Shown: piece by piece, positions 18,566-28,789 of the stretch
Layout of the letters: the number at the start of each line of letters is the position of its first letter
Numbering within the stretch: the stretch's first letter is position 1
Source: Mariprofundaceae bacterium
Lineage (GTDB): Bacteria; Pseudomonadota; Zetaproteobacteria; Mariprofundales; Mariprofundaceae
Assembly (NCBI GenBank): GCA_050301755.1
Contig: JBNKZS010000002.1
Location: forward strand, 8,534 to 72,533
Length of the DNA stretch: 64,000 bases
Reading direction: 5' to 3'
Position numbers and translations under genes: made by a program
The notes under the pieces: model-generated
What the model was told of the DNA's origin: nothing
What the model saw: only the letters and a program-made list of their open reading frames with translations
The model's database searches: none

Positions 18566-21079
18566 TAGGCCCTTCATTACCCGTTTAATAGCTCGCTTCA
18601 TTGAGTCGCCCGACGTATAACGTTTTTCCGGATTCTTCTGCATCGCCTTATCAAGAATACCGCGAACGCTGGCCGGAATCTCTGGTCTGATCTTGCAGAT
18701 ATCGGGATGCTTCTCGCTTATGATTTGATAGGAGAGCGTGGCAATAGAGTCTCCGTCAAAGGGGCGTTGACCTGTCAGCAGGACGAACATGGTTGAGCCC
18801 AACGAGAAGAGGTCAGATCGGCCATCCACCTTCTGTCCGGACATCTGCTCCGGCGACATGAAGCTTGGTGTGCCCAGGATGACACCTGTTTTAGTGCTGC
18901 TGTTGGAAGTGATACGGGCAATGCCGAAATCAGCAATTTTGAGCACTTTCGTTTTCGGGTGATACATCAGATTGCCCGGCTTGATGTCACGATGAACCAC
19001 ATCCTGCTCATGCGCATAACCAAGGGCTCCGGCAATTTCAGCGACAATTTCAAGCACAGTTTCAATCGGCAGGAGCATATTCTTGGTGGCATAGGTACTC
19101 AGGGCGATACCGTCGACAAACTCCATGGCGATATAGGAGAGGTCGTGCTCTTCACCGGCATCGTAGATGGTGACGATGTTGGGATGATTCAGGCGGCCGG
19201 CGGCTGCTGCTTCGTGAAAGAAGCGTTTACGCACATCCTTGAGCTCTCCTTCATCGAACTCCTGAGTCAAAGCCAGCGTTTTAATGGCAACGATTCGATC
19301 GATGGTCGGATCGCGACCGAGATAGACGACACCCATGGCCCCTTTGCCGATCTCTTTTTCTACCACATAACGGCCAAGTGTCGGAGCGTGTTCCATGCCG
19401 TCCATAAGGAGTGAGGATGAAGCATGAGAGCCGCTTCGAAGCATGACATTCTGCTCCAGCTTATCGGCCTTGGTGCGACGGGAAGCGACATCCCTGAATC
19501 CTGGACGGCGTGAAAGAATATAGTCGTAAGCGGTTGCGGCCTTGCCGAACTGGCGTTTGCGTTCGAAGTCGAAGGCCAGGTTGTATATCAGATCCAGATT
19601 TCCGTCGTTGACCGGGAGATTGCGAAAACAGGCCATCGCTTTATCAAGCATTCCCTGCTCCTGATAGGACATGCCGAGCTCGCGATTGGTGTGGGCCGAA
19701 CTGGCCATATGTTCCATATGCTGGGAGTCGTAAATGCGTCTGGCAGTGAAGATGATATGACCGAGCAGCAGCATGAGCGCCGGAACAGCCGTCTGCAGCC
19801 AGCTCTGAGTGGCAACCATCAGGTACTGGTTGGCGCCAAGTAGAAGAATCAGCATGATCAGTGTGACCAGGGCAGCGGGCAGCACGCGCATGCGGGGAAC
19901 GGCGAGAGCCAGGTAGAGCGCAAAAAAGAGCAGTAGTCCCATCTCAACCCATAGATAGGAGAGCGGGCGGGTATAGTAGTCGTGGTCGATGATGCTGGCG
20001 ATGGCCTGGCCGGTGAGCTCCAGTCTGTCGATACGCCCGATCGGCGTAATGTGGCCGGGCCCTTCATCAAGACCGATGAGAACAATTTTATCGCGAAGAT
20101 TCAGTTTGTCGGGTTCCATCTGCAGCAGGTCGTTAGCCATGAACTGCTTGAAGGGCGAACGCCCCCCTTCCGGAACATAATAGCCGATATTGAGTTGCAT
20201 TCCCGGTGTGGTCCGGATGATTTGGTCGCCGAGCGTAATGGAGTCATGCAGGTTGATACCGATATGACGGGCTTTTCCGGTAATGACACGGTCGGCAACC
20301 AGCAGTGCCAGAGAAGGGAAATAGTTGCCATCCGATAGCGTGACCAGCGGAACACTGCGAACGATTTTATCCTGAATATCGACATATTCGACATGTCCTA
20401 CGCCGGAAGATTTTCGTGAAAAGTCGGGAATCGGTAAGCGGAAAGGCCGGTCGACAAGGGCTGTCAGGTCATCGGCAGGTGCGATCAATCGCGAGGTCAG
20501 CGAGAGTTTGTTGGATTCCACATCGCGAATGCGGAAAACCTTGATCAGCCTGGCCTCCTCTTCGGGATCTTCGCTATCGGCGCCCGGCTCCATGGCCAGA
20601 AAGATACTGCGTGTTTTCTTGATAGCGCTTACCAGCTTGCTATCGGCGTTCATATCATCCATGGCCCGTTTTGTAATATCGCGCAGCTTTGCAGCATCGT
20701 TACGATTCAGGTCGCTTTTCGCCAGTGCTTCAAGCTCCTCGAAATAGGCTGCACCCGGCACGGGCTGGCTCGAGGATAGGGGCAACATCAGTGCGACCGA
20801 CTGGGGCCGTCCGGCGGCAACGGCGTCGAGCAGGCCGGCCAGCTTCTGGCGCAGGCTGAAACGTTGATCCGGCTCCTTAGATGGCCGCGACGCCATGCGA
20901 ATGATGACAATATCTTTGGTTGCGCCGGCAACGCGAGGCCCGAAGCCCTGACTCTTGTCGTAGAGGATTCCCTCGAGTTGTTCAAACAGATTGAGATGGA
21001 GCGCCTTGCCTCCGGCAAAGAGAGTCAGCAGTACGAGGGCGGTAAACCACCCCTGTTTGATAAAGTTCAGGCGATGCAT
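18563..21079 (-). CDS. CHASE2 sensor / TPR / Ser-Thr protein kinase
   Basis: 838 aa. It has an N-terminal signal-anchor and a large extracytoplasmic domain, then three or more TM helices and TPR-like repeats. The C-terminal Hanks kinase has GKGAMGVVY, VAIK, HRDIKPGN, DFG and SPE. Confidence 0.85.
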   Translation of the reverse strand: MHRLNFIKQGWFTALVLLTLFAGGKALHLNLFEQLEGILYDKSQGFGPRVAGATKDIVIIRMASRPSKEPDQRFSLRQKLAGLLDAVAAGRPQSVALMLPLSSSQPVPGAAYFEELEALAKSDLNRNDAAKLRDITKRAMDDMNADSKLVSAIKKTRSIFLAMEPGADSEDPEEEARLIKVFRIRDVESNKLSLTSRLIAPADDLTALVDRPFRLPIPDFSRKSSGVGHVEYVDIQDKIVRSVPLVTLSDGNYFPSLALLVADRVITGKARHIGINLHDSITLGDQIIRTTPGMQLNIGYYVPEGGRSPFKQFMANDLLQMEPDKLNLRDKIVLIGLDEGPGHITPIGRIDRLELTGQAIASIIDHDYYTRPLSYLWVEMGLLLFFALYLALAVPRMRVLPAALVTLIMLILLLGANQYLMVATQSWLQTAVPALMLLLGHIIFTARRIYDSQHMEHMASSAHTNRELGMSYQEQGMLDKAMACFRNLPVNDGNLDLIYNLAFDFERKRQFGKAATAYDYILSRRPGFRDVASRRTKADKLEQNVMLRSGSHASSSLLMDGMEHAPTLGRYVVEKEIGKGAMGVVYLGRDPTIDRIVAIKTLALTQEFDEGELKDVRKRFFHEAAAAGRLNHPNIVTIYDAGEEHDLSYIAMEFVDGIALSTYATKNMLLPIETVLEIVAEIAGALGYAHEQDVVHRDIKPGNLMYHPKTKVLKIADFGIARITSNSSTKTGVILGTPSFMSPEQMSGQKVDGRSDLFSLGSTMFVLLTGQRPFDGDSIATLSYQIISEKHPDICKIRPEIPASVRGILDKAMQKNPEKRYTSGDSMKRAIKRVMKGL

Positions 21080-21224
21080 GGAAAGGCCAACCCTGTCGCA
21101 GGGGCGACATTGTTAAAGTGATCTGGCGAACAAAAAAGCCCTTCGTTGAATGACCCCATCGGATCAAGTGTAAGTAGAACTTTGCCGGAGCGGCAATAGC
21201 GGATGTGATGGTGCTCGGACATCA

Positions 21225-22025
21225 TCAGTTCGGCTGCTTTCGAAGGAGGTATAGCATCCAGCCGACGCCGACCACGATCATGCCGGAAGAGAGCAGCATG
21301 CCCATCGTGACCGGGCCAAAGAGAAAGCCCAACTGTTCATCGGGTTGGCGGAAGTTTTCACAGAAGATCCGGGCGATGGCGTAGCCGGTCAGGAATATGG
21401 CTGCGCGCATCCCTTGTGGCCATGGCTTTTTGCGGGTCAACCAGAGGATCAGAAAGAGCAACACCCCTTCAAGCAGCATCTCATAGAGCTGGCTGGGGTG
21501 ACGCGGCTCGGATCCGGCACCGGGGAAGATCATGCCCCATGGAATATCGGAGCCGGCGGGGATCACGCGGCCCCAGAGCTCGCCATTGATAAAGTTGCCC
21601 ATGCGGCCGAAGGCGAGGCCTAACGGGGCGACGATGAAAAAACGATCCATAAGCAGCATCAGCGGCAAGGTGTGTTTTTTGCAGTACCACCAACCGGCAA
21701 GAATCGGACCGATCAGGCCACCGTGGAAGCTCATTCCACCCTGCCAGACGTAGAAGATTTCGATCGGATGCGAGCTGTAGTAGCCGAAGTTATAGAAAAG
21801 GATGTAGCCCAGCCGGCCGCCGAGGATGACACCGAGAATCAGGGCAGTGAAGAGCCCTTCAAACTGTTCCGGTTTAACGGAAACGTTCCATGCGCCCTGC
21901 TCAATGAGCTGCTTTTTGGTCAGCTGCCAGGCCAGGAAAAAGCCGATCACATACATCAGGCCATACCAATGGACGGCCAATGGTCCAACCTGTAGCGCTA
22001 CGGGATCAATTTGCGGTGCGAGCAT
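21225..22025 (-). CDS. lgt: Prolipoprotein diacylglyceryl transferase
   Basis: 266 aa with HWYGLMYVIGF and GRMGNFINGELWG motifs. Confidence 0.93.
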   Translation of the reverse strand: MLAPQIDPVALQVGPLAVHWYGLMYVIGFFLAWQLTKKQLIEQGAWNVSVKPEQFEGLFTALILGVILGGRLGYILFYNFGYYSSHPIEIFYVWQGGMSFHGGLIGPILAGWWYCKKHTLPLMLLMDRFFIVAPLGLAFGRMGNFINGELWGRVIPAGSDIPWGMIFPGAGSEPRHPSQLYEMLLEGVLLFLILWLTRKKPWPQGMRAAIFLTGYAIARIFCENFRQPDEQLGFLFGPVTMGMLLSSGMIVVGVGWMLYLLRKQPN

Positions 22026-22034
22026 GCGGCGACC

Positions 22035-22814
22035 TTACCAGACCATCCATAGGAGCAAACCACCAAAGATGATGCGATAGATACCGAAGGCGACAAAGGT
22101 GAAACGTTGCAGGAAGCTGAGCAGCAGTTTCATCGTGGCGTAGGCGGAGATGAAGGCGACAACGAATCCTGCGAGCAGTGGCATCAGCATGTCACCGCTG
22201 AACTCCTGCCAGTGTTTGAGCAGGTCGTAACCACTGGCGGCCAGCATCACCGGCAGCGCCAGAAGGAATGAGAATTCGGCACTGGTTTTACGATCCAGGC
22301 CGACAATCATGGCCCCGATGATCGATGCGCCGGCGCGGCTGGTGCCTGGGATCAGGGCAAAGACCTGTGCAATGCCGATCCACAATGCCTGCTTGTAGCC
22401 AACTTCTTCAACATCAGTCGTGGTATAGACTTTATTTCGTTGCAAAAACTCAACCAGCAGAAAGATCAGGCCGCCGACAATGAACATGATGGCAACAATA
22501 TCGGTGGTGAACATCGCCTTGATCTGTTTATGGAAGAGGAAGCCAACGGCACCGACAGGAATAAAGGCGAGAGCCACCTTCTGCCACAGGGCGATATGGG
22601 CAAGCGATATTTTGTCCCGGTAAGTGGCGGTCACAGCCAGAATGGCTGCGAGCTGAATGATCACCTCGAAGGCTTTGTTGTCTTCGGTCTGTGAAAGGCC
22701 GAGCCACTCACTTGCCACGATCAGGTGGCCGGTGGAGGAGATGGGAAGAAACTCGGTAACCCCTTCGATAATGCCGAGAATAATGGCTTGAATGATGTCC
22801 ATGCTGGTATGCAA
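22035..22814 (-). CDS. uppP: Undecaprenyl-diphosphate phosphatase
   Basis: 259 aa with [11 protein letters not shown] and [10 protein letters not shown] motifs. Confidence 0.93.
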   Translation of the reverse strand: MHTSMDIIQAIILGIIEGVTEFLPISSTGHLIVASEWLGLSQTEDNKAFEVIIQLAAILAVTATYRDKISLAHIALWQKVALAFIPVGAVGFLFHKQIKAMFTTDIVAIMFIVGGLIFLLVEFLQRNKVYTTTDVEEVGYKQALWIGIAQVFALIPGTSRAGASIIGAMIVGLDRKTSAEFSFLLALPVMLAASGYDLLKHWQEFSGDMLMPLLAGFVVAFISAYATMKLLLSFLQRFTFVAFGIYRIIFGGLLLWMVW

Positions 22815-22900
22815 CCCTCCGTAGGTGTGGCCACTCTACGGCTTGCCGGGACGATGCCAATGGTTTTAACTGTTGCCATCTGACTCTTTGGGGGAAGTTT

Positions 22901-24718
22901 ATGAAAGCCTTTTTTGCCGGATTGATGCGCTGGATAGACCGGGTTCGCCGGATTGTTATCAACGGCTTTGTGCTGTTGTTCCTGATCATTTTCATCAGTG
23001 CGCTGTTTGCCTCCAAGCCGGAGGTTCCGGAGCATGCTGTCCTCGTGATCAAGCCCGAAGGGAGAGTGGTGGAACAGCTGGTGCGACCCAATGCCGATTC
23101 ATTTCCATTTTCGCTCCCGGATAAAGATCAGGTGCTGATCAAAGATATCCATCGTGCGCTTGAGCTGGCCAGGGACGATCCGAAGATTGAACTGGTTCGA
23201 CTTGAACTTGATAAGTTGCAGCCAACACCGCTGGCCAAACTACAGGATCTCCGCCGGGCTATCGAACTGTTCAAAACCAGCGGTAAGCCGGTGATTGCAT
23301 CGGGACATGCTTATAGTCAGTCGCAGTATTATCTGGCAGCAACGGCGGACAGGGTTTATCTGCACCCGCTGGGCATGATCGAGCTGACCGGCTTTGCTCT
23401 TTATCAGAACTATTTCAAATCAGCCCTGGATAAGCTGAATGTCGACATTCACCTCTTCCGAGCCGGAGAGTACAAGTCCGCAGGCGAACCGCTGGTAAGA
23501 GATAACATGTCTGCGGCCGCCCGGGAGGCCAACAAAGCATGGCTGGGCACCTTATGGGAAGCTTACAAGACAGATGTTGCAGTCATGCGTAAGATCAAGG
23601 CTGAACGGATTCAGACCATTCTTGATTCACCTGCCAAATTCCTTGCAGAGCATGACGGGAGTCTGGGTCGTTTGATGAAGGCGGAGGGCCTGGTGGATGA
23701 GCTGGCCGATCTTCATGATGCAGATAGTTATATCAGTTCGCTGCTGGATCAAAAACGCTATAAGGATGTTGCGACCATCGGCCTCAAGTCCTACCTGAAG
23801 GCTAGCGATGTTGTCATTCCAGAATCACCAAGCAGTAATCTGATCGGCGTGCTTACGGCCAGTGGCCCGATTGTGAATGGTAAGCAGCCATCAGGTACGA
23901 TTGGCGGTGATACCGTTGCCGGCCTGCTTCGCGACGCTCGTCATGATGAACGGATCAAGGCGGTGGTGCTGCGTATTGATTCGCCGGGTGGTAGTGCGCT
24001 GGCTTCCGAGGTGATTCGCAAAGAGGTCGAACGGGTGAAAGAGGCGGGTAAGCCGGTTGTTGTCTCTATGGGCAGTGTTGCCGCCTCCGGCGGCTACTGG
24101 ATTGCGACATCTGCCGACGAGATATGGGCTCAGCCGACCACCATTACCGGCTCGATCGGTGTCTTCGGCCTTATGGCAGGTATGGACCGGAGCCTGAATA
24201 CCCTGGGTATTCATACCGATGGTTTGGGGACCACCTCCATTGCCGGAGGGCTGCGTTCGGACAGGCCGCTTAGTCCGGAGCTGGCAAAAATGTTTCAGAT
24301 GGGCGTGGATGATGTATACCGCGAATTTATTGCTCATGTCTCTGAAGGGCGAAAGATGGATTCCGCTCGTGCCGATCAGTTGGCTCAGGGCCGTGTCTGG
24401 AGTGGTATCGATGCCAAAGAGATCGGTCTTGTCGATGAACTGGGTGACTTGCAAGAGGCCGTAAAAGCGGCGGCCAAACGTGCCGGGGTCGAGAATGATT
24501 TTCGGAAAGTATCCATTGAACCGAAAATGGATTTCGCCGAATTCTTTATGGAGAATCTCCTGAGTGATCTCGACACATGGTTCGGCAATTCGGTTATGAC
24601 AGTCGTTTCCGCCTCACCCCTGGCGAAGGCATGGATAGATGGTATCAACGGATTGGAGATGTTGATTCGCTTCAATGATCCGAAACAGGTCTATGCCTAT
24701 AGTGAACTTCCCTACTAA
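22901..24718 (+). CDS. sppA: Signal peptide peptidase SppA, 67K type
   Basis: 605 aa with an N-terminal TM segment and two S49 repeats. It carries the catalytic-region motif SMGSVAASGGYWIA. Confidence 0.9.
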   Translation: MKAFFAGLMRWIDRVRRIVINGFVLLFLIIFISALFASKPEVPEHAVLVIKPEGRVVEQLVRPNADSFPFSLPDKDQVLIKDIHRALELARDDPKIELVRLELDKLQPTPLAKLQDLRRAIELFKTSGKPVIASGHAYSQSQYYLAATADRVYLHPLGMIELTGFALYQNYFKSALDKLNVDIHLFRAGEYKSAGEPLVRDNMSAAAREANKAWLGTLWEAYKTDVAVMRKIKAERIQTILDSPAKFLAEHDGSLGRLMKAEGLVDELADLHDADSYISSLLDQKRYKDVATIGLKSYLKASDVVIPESPSSNLIGVLTASGPIVNGKQPSGTIGGDTVAGLLRDARHDERIKAVVLRIDSPGGSALASEVIRKEVERVKEAGKPVVVSMGSVAASGGYWIATSADEIWAQPTTITGSIGVFGLMAGMDRSLNTLGIHTDGLGTTSIAGGLRSDRPLSPELAKMFQMGVDDVYREFIAHVSEGRKMDSARADQLAQGRVWSGIDAKEIGLVDELGDLQEAVKAAAKRAGVENDFRKVSIEPKMDFAEFFMENLLSDLDTWFGNSVMTVVSASPLAKAWIDGINGLEMLIRFNDPKQVYAYSELPY

Positions 24719-24733
24719 AGAGGAGTTGACTGA

Positions 24734-25828
24734 TCACTTGGCGCAGGTAACACGATTGCGGCCGTTCTCCTTGGAGTTATAGAGCGCCTGATCAGCCCGC
24801 TTCAGAAGTTGCGTTGCTTCATTCTGGTCGCTTTTGGGATCGCTCTCATGCCAGGCAACAACACCGAGGCTGATGGTGATAGCGGTCATCTGCTGCCGGC
24901 CATGTTCAAAGGTGTGCTGGGCGATGCTCTCGCGAATGCGCTCGGCCAGTTGGGAGGCCCCTTTAAGGGATGTTCGCGGAAGCAGGATGGTAAACTCCTC
25001 ACCGCCATATCGGAAAAGGTAGTCACAATCGCGTAACATCAGACGTACGGCTTGAACCAGCTGCTTTAAGACAGCGTCACCGGCGTCGTGACCCCGATCA
25101 TCATTGATCTGTTTGAAGTGATCAATGTCGAACATGACCAGTGAAAAGGTGGCGCCGTAGCGTTCGGTCAGGCGATGCTCCTGCATGAGAAGCTGATTGA
25201 AATAGCGGCGATTATAGGCGCCTGTCAGGGCATCGGTGATAGCGATCTGCTCCAGCTCCCTGTTCATGTCTTCCAGTGCAGCTGTGCGTTCTGCTACCTT
25301 TTTTTCCAGCAGTGCATTGGCCTCTTCCATCTGCTGGTTAAGTTGCGCATTGTGAATGGCAACGGTCGCCTGAGATGCCATTGCCCGAATCAGTGTTTCA
25401 TCCTCTTTGTTGAAGGGCTCGACACGTGAACGCATGGCCTGAATGACACCATAGAGTTGCCCGGCTCCATCCAGTAGAGGGACACAGAGCATGGAGCGGA
25501 CGGGATAGGGTGTTGATTCGCCTTCGACCTTGGCAAGGTAGAGGCGGGAGTCGAGCTGGGCATCTTCGATGTTCAGAAGTTCCTTGTTGCGGGCGACCCA
25601 CCCTATCACACCTTGGTCCATGGGAACTTTCAGCTCTTTTTCGTGAATGCCCTGCGCCACTTTTGACTGCAGGCAGTTCTCATCCCCATTGACCAGAAAG
25701 AGGCTGGTTCGGTCGGCTTTGATAAGGTGGCTGGTCTGCTCAATGATGAGGTTGAGGAGCCGATCGAGATTTCGTTCGGAGCTTAACTGCGTTGCAATAT
25801 CGAGCAGGCGTTCAATGGCAAGCATCAT
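24734..25828 (-). CDS. GAF domain-containing diguanylate cyclase
   Basis: 364 aa with an N-terminal GAF domain, a coiled linker, and a GGDEF domain with an intact RYGGEEF active site. Confidence 0.88.
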   Translation of the reverse strand: MMLAIERLLDIATQLSSERNLDRLLNLIIEQTSHLIKADRTSLFLVNGDENCLQSKVAQGIHEKELKVPMDQGVIGWVARNKELLNIEDAQLDSRLYLAKVEGESTPYPVRSMLCVPLLDGAGQLYGVIQAMRSRVEPFNKEDETLIRAMASQATVAIHNAQLNQQMEEANALLEKKVAERTAALEDMNRELEQIAITDALTGAYNRRYFNQLLMQEHRLTERYGATFSLVMFDIDHFKQINDDRGHDAGDAVLKQLVQAVRLMLRDCDYLFRYGGEEFTILLPRTSLKGASQLAERIRESIAQHTFEHGRQQMTAITISLGVVAWHESDPKSDQNEATQLLKRADQALYNSKENGRNRVTCAK

Positions 25829-25899
25829 CTCTCCTCTCTGTACCGCTTATTAAAGCACTCAATCCGGTTTATATAAAGGGAATGGGATAAACCAGGCTG

Positions 25900-25928
25900 A
25901 AAAAAAACGCCCCGGCGTTACCGGGGCG
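25900..25928 (-). terminator. Rho-independent terminator of the SRPBCC gene
   Basis: On the minus strand: CGCCCCGG-TAACG-CCGGGGCG followed by TTTTTTTT. Confidence 0.7.
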
Positions 25929-25951
25929 CAGTATCTGGCGTCTGGATGGGG

Positions 25952-26398
25952 TCAAGCCCCGGCTTCCATAAGCTCTTTAAGGTTGGCGAAATCCATCTCC
26001 AGTTCCCGTTTGGCGATGTGCCCGACAACGGGGGATGCCACCTTGAAAAAACGGCCGACATCAACACTCAGTGTACGATGAATGACAGTGCCGTCTCCAT
26101 TGGCTTCAAACTTCATCGACGTTGCCATCGGGAAGGGCCCTTTTGTACTTTTCGCCGCCCAGTAACTGCCATCTTCACTATGTTCGGTAACGATCCAGTC
26201 CTGTTCAATCACCCTGCCGAGAAATTTTTCTTTCATATGGTAAACCGTTCCGACGTTGGGTTCGCCTGGAGTCATCTTTTCCGATTCCAGTACCGATGTC
26301 TGCCACATCGGATCGTTATTACAATCATCGACAAAGGCGATGACATCGGCCATCGGCCGATTGATGGTGATACTAACTTCAAGATTACTTAATGGCAT
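25952..26398 (-). CDS. SRPBCC (START/polyketide-cyclase-like) family protein
   Basis: About 148 aa. ATG 26398 is preceded by GGAGGGAGG. Its size and pattern fit SRPBCC ligand-binding proteins. The family call is from memory. Confidence 0.7.
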   Translation of the reverse strand: MPLSNLEVSITINRPMADVIAFVDDCNNDPMWQTSVLESEKMTPGEPNVGTVYHMKEKFLGRVIEQDWIVTEHSEDGSYWAAKSTKGPFPMATSMKFEANGDGTVIHRTLSVDVGRFFKVASPVVGHIAKRELEMDFANLKELMEAGA

Positions 26399-26534
26399 GG
26401 CGCCTCCCTCCATTAACCGGTGTCCACTATAGTGCGCGACGACGGCACGGCTTGTGCGATTCCGTTCATCAGTTTACTCCGCAGTATATATGACCGGTTG
26501 AACGATCGTAAACTCGCCTCGGAATGGGGAGATG

Positions 26535-26570
26535 AAAAGGGCCGCCACACGATGATCAATGGGCAGCCCT
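26535..26570 (-). terminator. Candidate terminator of dapD
   Basis: Minus strand: GGGCTGCC...GGCGGCCC imperfect stem followed by TTTTC. The U-run is short. Confidence 0.4.
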
Positions 26571-26592
26571 CTTAAAATCGAATAGGATTGAC

Positions 26593-27414
26593 TTATTCGC
26601 GCAGCAGTTCGGTGATGCCGGTTTTGGAGCGAGTCTTCTCATCCACCTTCTTCACAATCACGGCACAGTAGAGGTTCGGTCCCCCGTTCTTGCCCGGCAT
26701 GGAACCGGAAACCACAACAGAGTATGGCGGTACTTCACCATAGTAGGTTTCACCGGTTTCTCGGTCGTAGATACGAGTCGATTTACCAATGTAAACGCCC
26801 ATGGAGATCACCGAACCTTCACGAACAATAACACCCTCTACAACTTCGGAGCGGGCACCAATGAAGCAGTTGTCCTCAATAATGGTCGGAGTGGCCTGCA
26901 GCGGTTCAAGTACGCCACCGATGCCAACGCCGCCGGAGAGGTGAACATTCTTGCCGATCTGGGCGCATGATCCGACGGTCGACCAGGTATCCACCATGGT
27001 GCCTTCATCGACATAGGCGCCGATGTTGACATAGGAAGGCATCAGCACGGTCTTCGGCGCAATATAGGCCCCCTTACGTACTGTCGCAGGAGGTACCACG
27101 CGCATACCGCCCTTGCGAAACATATCTTCGCCCCAATTGGCGAACTTCTGCGGTACCTTGTCGAAATAGTTGGTGGAAGCGCCGCCAATCACCTGATTGT
27201 CATGTAGCTTGAAGTAGAGAAGAACGGCTTTCTTCAACCATTCATTGGTAACCCATGTGCCGTTGCTGTCACGCTCGGCAACTCGAACGCCACCATCATC
27301 CAGCAGTTGAATGGATCGCTCAATAGCTTCACGAACTTCGGTTTCAACGTTGGACATGTTCCATCCGTCGCGGTTGTCCCAGGCTGATTCAATAACTTCT
27401 TGCAGGTGATTCAT
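26593..27414 (-). CDS. dapD: Tetrahydrodipicolinate N-succinyltransferase
   Basis: 273 aa with a left-handed beta-helix hexapeptide region and a DapD-type N-terminal domain. Confidence 0.95.
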   Translation of the reverse strand: MNHLQEVIESAWDNRDGWNMSNVETEVREAIERSIQLLDDGGVRVAERDSNGTWVTNEWLKKAVLLYFKLHDNQVIGGASTNYFDKVPQKFANWGEDMFRKGGMRVVPPATVRKGAYIAPKTVLMPSYVNIGAYVDEGTMVDTWSTVGSCAQIGKNVHLSGGVGIGGVLEPLQATPTIIEDNCFIGARSEVVEGVIVREGSVISMGVYIGKSTRIYDRETGETYYGEVPPYSVVVSGSMPGKNGGPNLYCAVIVKKVDEKTRSKTGITELLRE

Positions 27415-27482
27415 ACAGGCTCCATAACTTTAAAAACTGATGGAGCTGAAGCTAACCTTCGGTGCCGGAACTTCAACATATG

Positions 27483-27504
27483 GATGAAGGGCTAGCCCTT
27501 CATC
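27483..27504. repeat. Perfect 22-nt palindrome GATGAAGGGCTAGCCCTTCATC
   Basis: The two 11-nt arms are exact reverse complements. It lies in the divergent dapD / M14-peptidase intergenic region. Confidence 0.8.
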
Positions 27505-27588
27505 AAATGATTATCGGCATCGGATCAAATAGCACTTGCCAGTCTCAGTCTTGTCGGAAGATGATGCGCCCATTAGCGAGGTATCACA

Positions 27589-28719
27589 ATGCAGGTAGCT
27601 ATGCCTGATGCTCCTTTCGATTTTACCGTCTTTTCTTCCGACTATGTCTCGGCCCGGGCTGCTTTTTTACATGCGACCGACAAATGTGGAGCAATACTTT
27701 CAACCTATTCTCATCCGTTTACTGGCCCTGATGGCGAGGCACTGGCGACCGATACGGTATGGCTAGGGCCCAGGGATGCGGAACGGGTGTTAGTATTACT
27801 TTCTGCTACACATGGTGTAGAGGGCTTTTGCGGTTCTGCTGCTCAGGTTGATTGGCTCAGGCTCTATTCTGACAAGAAAGATACACTCCCGGAAGGGATT
27901 GCCTTGCTCATCATCCATGCACTCAACCCGCACGGTTTTGCCTGGCTGCGCCGGGTCACCGAGCAAGGGGTTGATCTTAATCGCAATTTTGTCGATTTCT
28001 CACAGCCCACCCCCGAAAATGACGGTTATGTGGAGCTTGCAGCCTCGATTATCCCAGGCAACTTGAGACACGAGACGCTCAAGATGGCGGATGCGAAGCT
28101 GAGGGAGTATGCCGAATTTCATGGTCAGGTTGCGTTCGAGGCGGCGCTATCTGGTGGACAGTTTACCCATGCAGACGGCCTCTTTTACGGGGGGGTGGAA
28201 CCGACCTGGTCGCGTCTCACTACGGAGGCGATAGTTAAGGATTTCCGGTTGCATGAGCGCCGACGGGTCGCGGTTCTGGATTTTCACACCGGTCTCGGGC
28301 CTTTCGGATACGGTGAGCCGATCTGCGATCACTTTCCCGGTACCCTCGGCCTTGCACTTTCCCGTAAATGGTACGGGCAATCCGTGACAGAACCGGCTAT
28401 CGGAACCTCCAGTTCGGTAGCCAAAACGGGGCTTTCCGATTATGGCTGGCAGAAGATGCTTGGTGATGTCGTGGTCTTCATTGCTCTGGAGTTCGGCACC
28501 TATCCGTTCGATAATATGATACGTGTTCTTCGCGGCGATCACTGGCTTCATGCACAGGGGTCGGTTGATTGGCATGCAGAACAGACGCAGTCCATCAAAG
28601 CCGAAATACGAAGACACTTCTATCCTGCCACTCGCGACTGGCAGCAGATGATCCTATTCCGTACCCGCCAGTGTATTTCTCAGGCGCTTGATGGACTTGC
28701 TCTGGAGATCGGCAGTTAA
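27589..28719 (+). CDS. M14-family zinc carboxypeptidase-like protein (DUF2817-type)
   Basis: 376 aa with the zinc motif HGVE (HxxE), NPHG, DLNRNF and a downstream LDFHTG histidine. No signal peptide is evident. Confidence 0.75.
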   Translation: MQVAMPDAPFDFTVFSSDYVSARAAFLHATDKCGAILSTYSHPFTGPDGEALATDTVWLGPRDAERVLVLLSATHGVEGFCGSAAQVDWLRLYSDKKDTLPEGIALLIIHALNPHGFAWLRRVTEQGVDLNRNFVDFSQPTPENDGYVELAASIIPGNLRHETLKMADAKLREYAEFHGQVAFEAALSGGQFTHADGLFYGGVEPTWSRLTTEAIVKDFRLHERRRVAVLDFHTGLGPFGYGEPICDHFPGTLGLALSRKWYGQSVTEPAIGTSSSVAKTGLSDYGWQKMLGDVVVFIALEFGTYPFDNMIRVLRGDHWLHAQGSVDWHAEQTQSIKAEIRRHFYPATRDWQQMILFRTRQCISQALDGLALEIGS

Positions 28720-28789
28720 GCTTTAGCCTTTTCGATTTGTGTCGATGAACGTAACCTCTCTGTTTTCGAAGCAAAGAGGAGTATAACTG

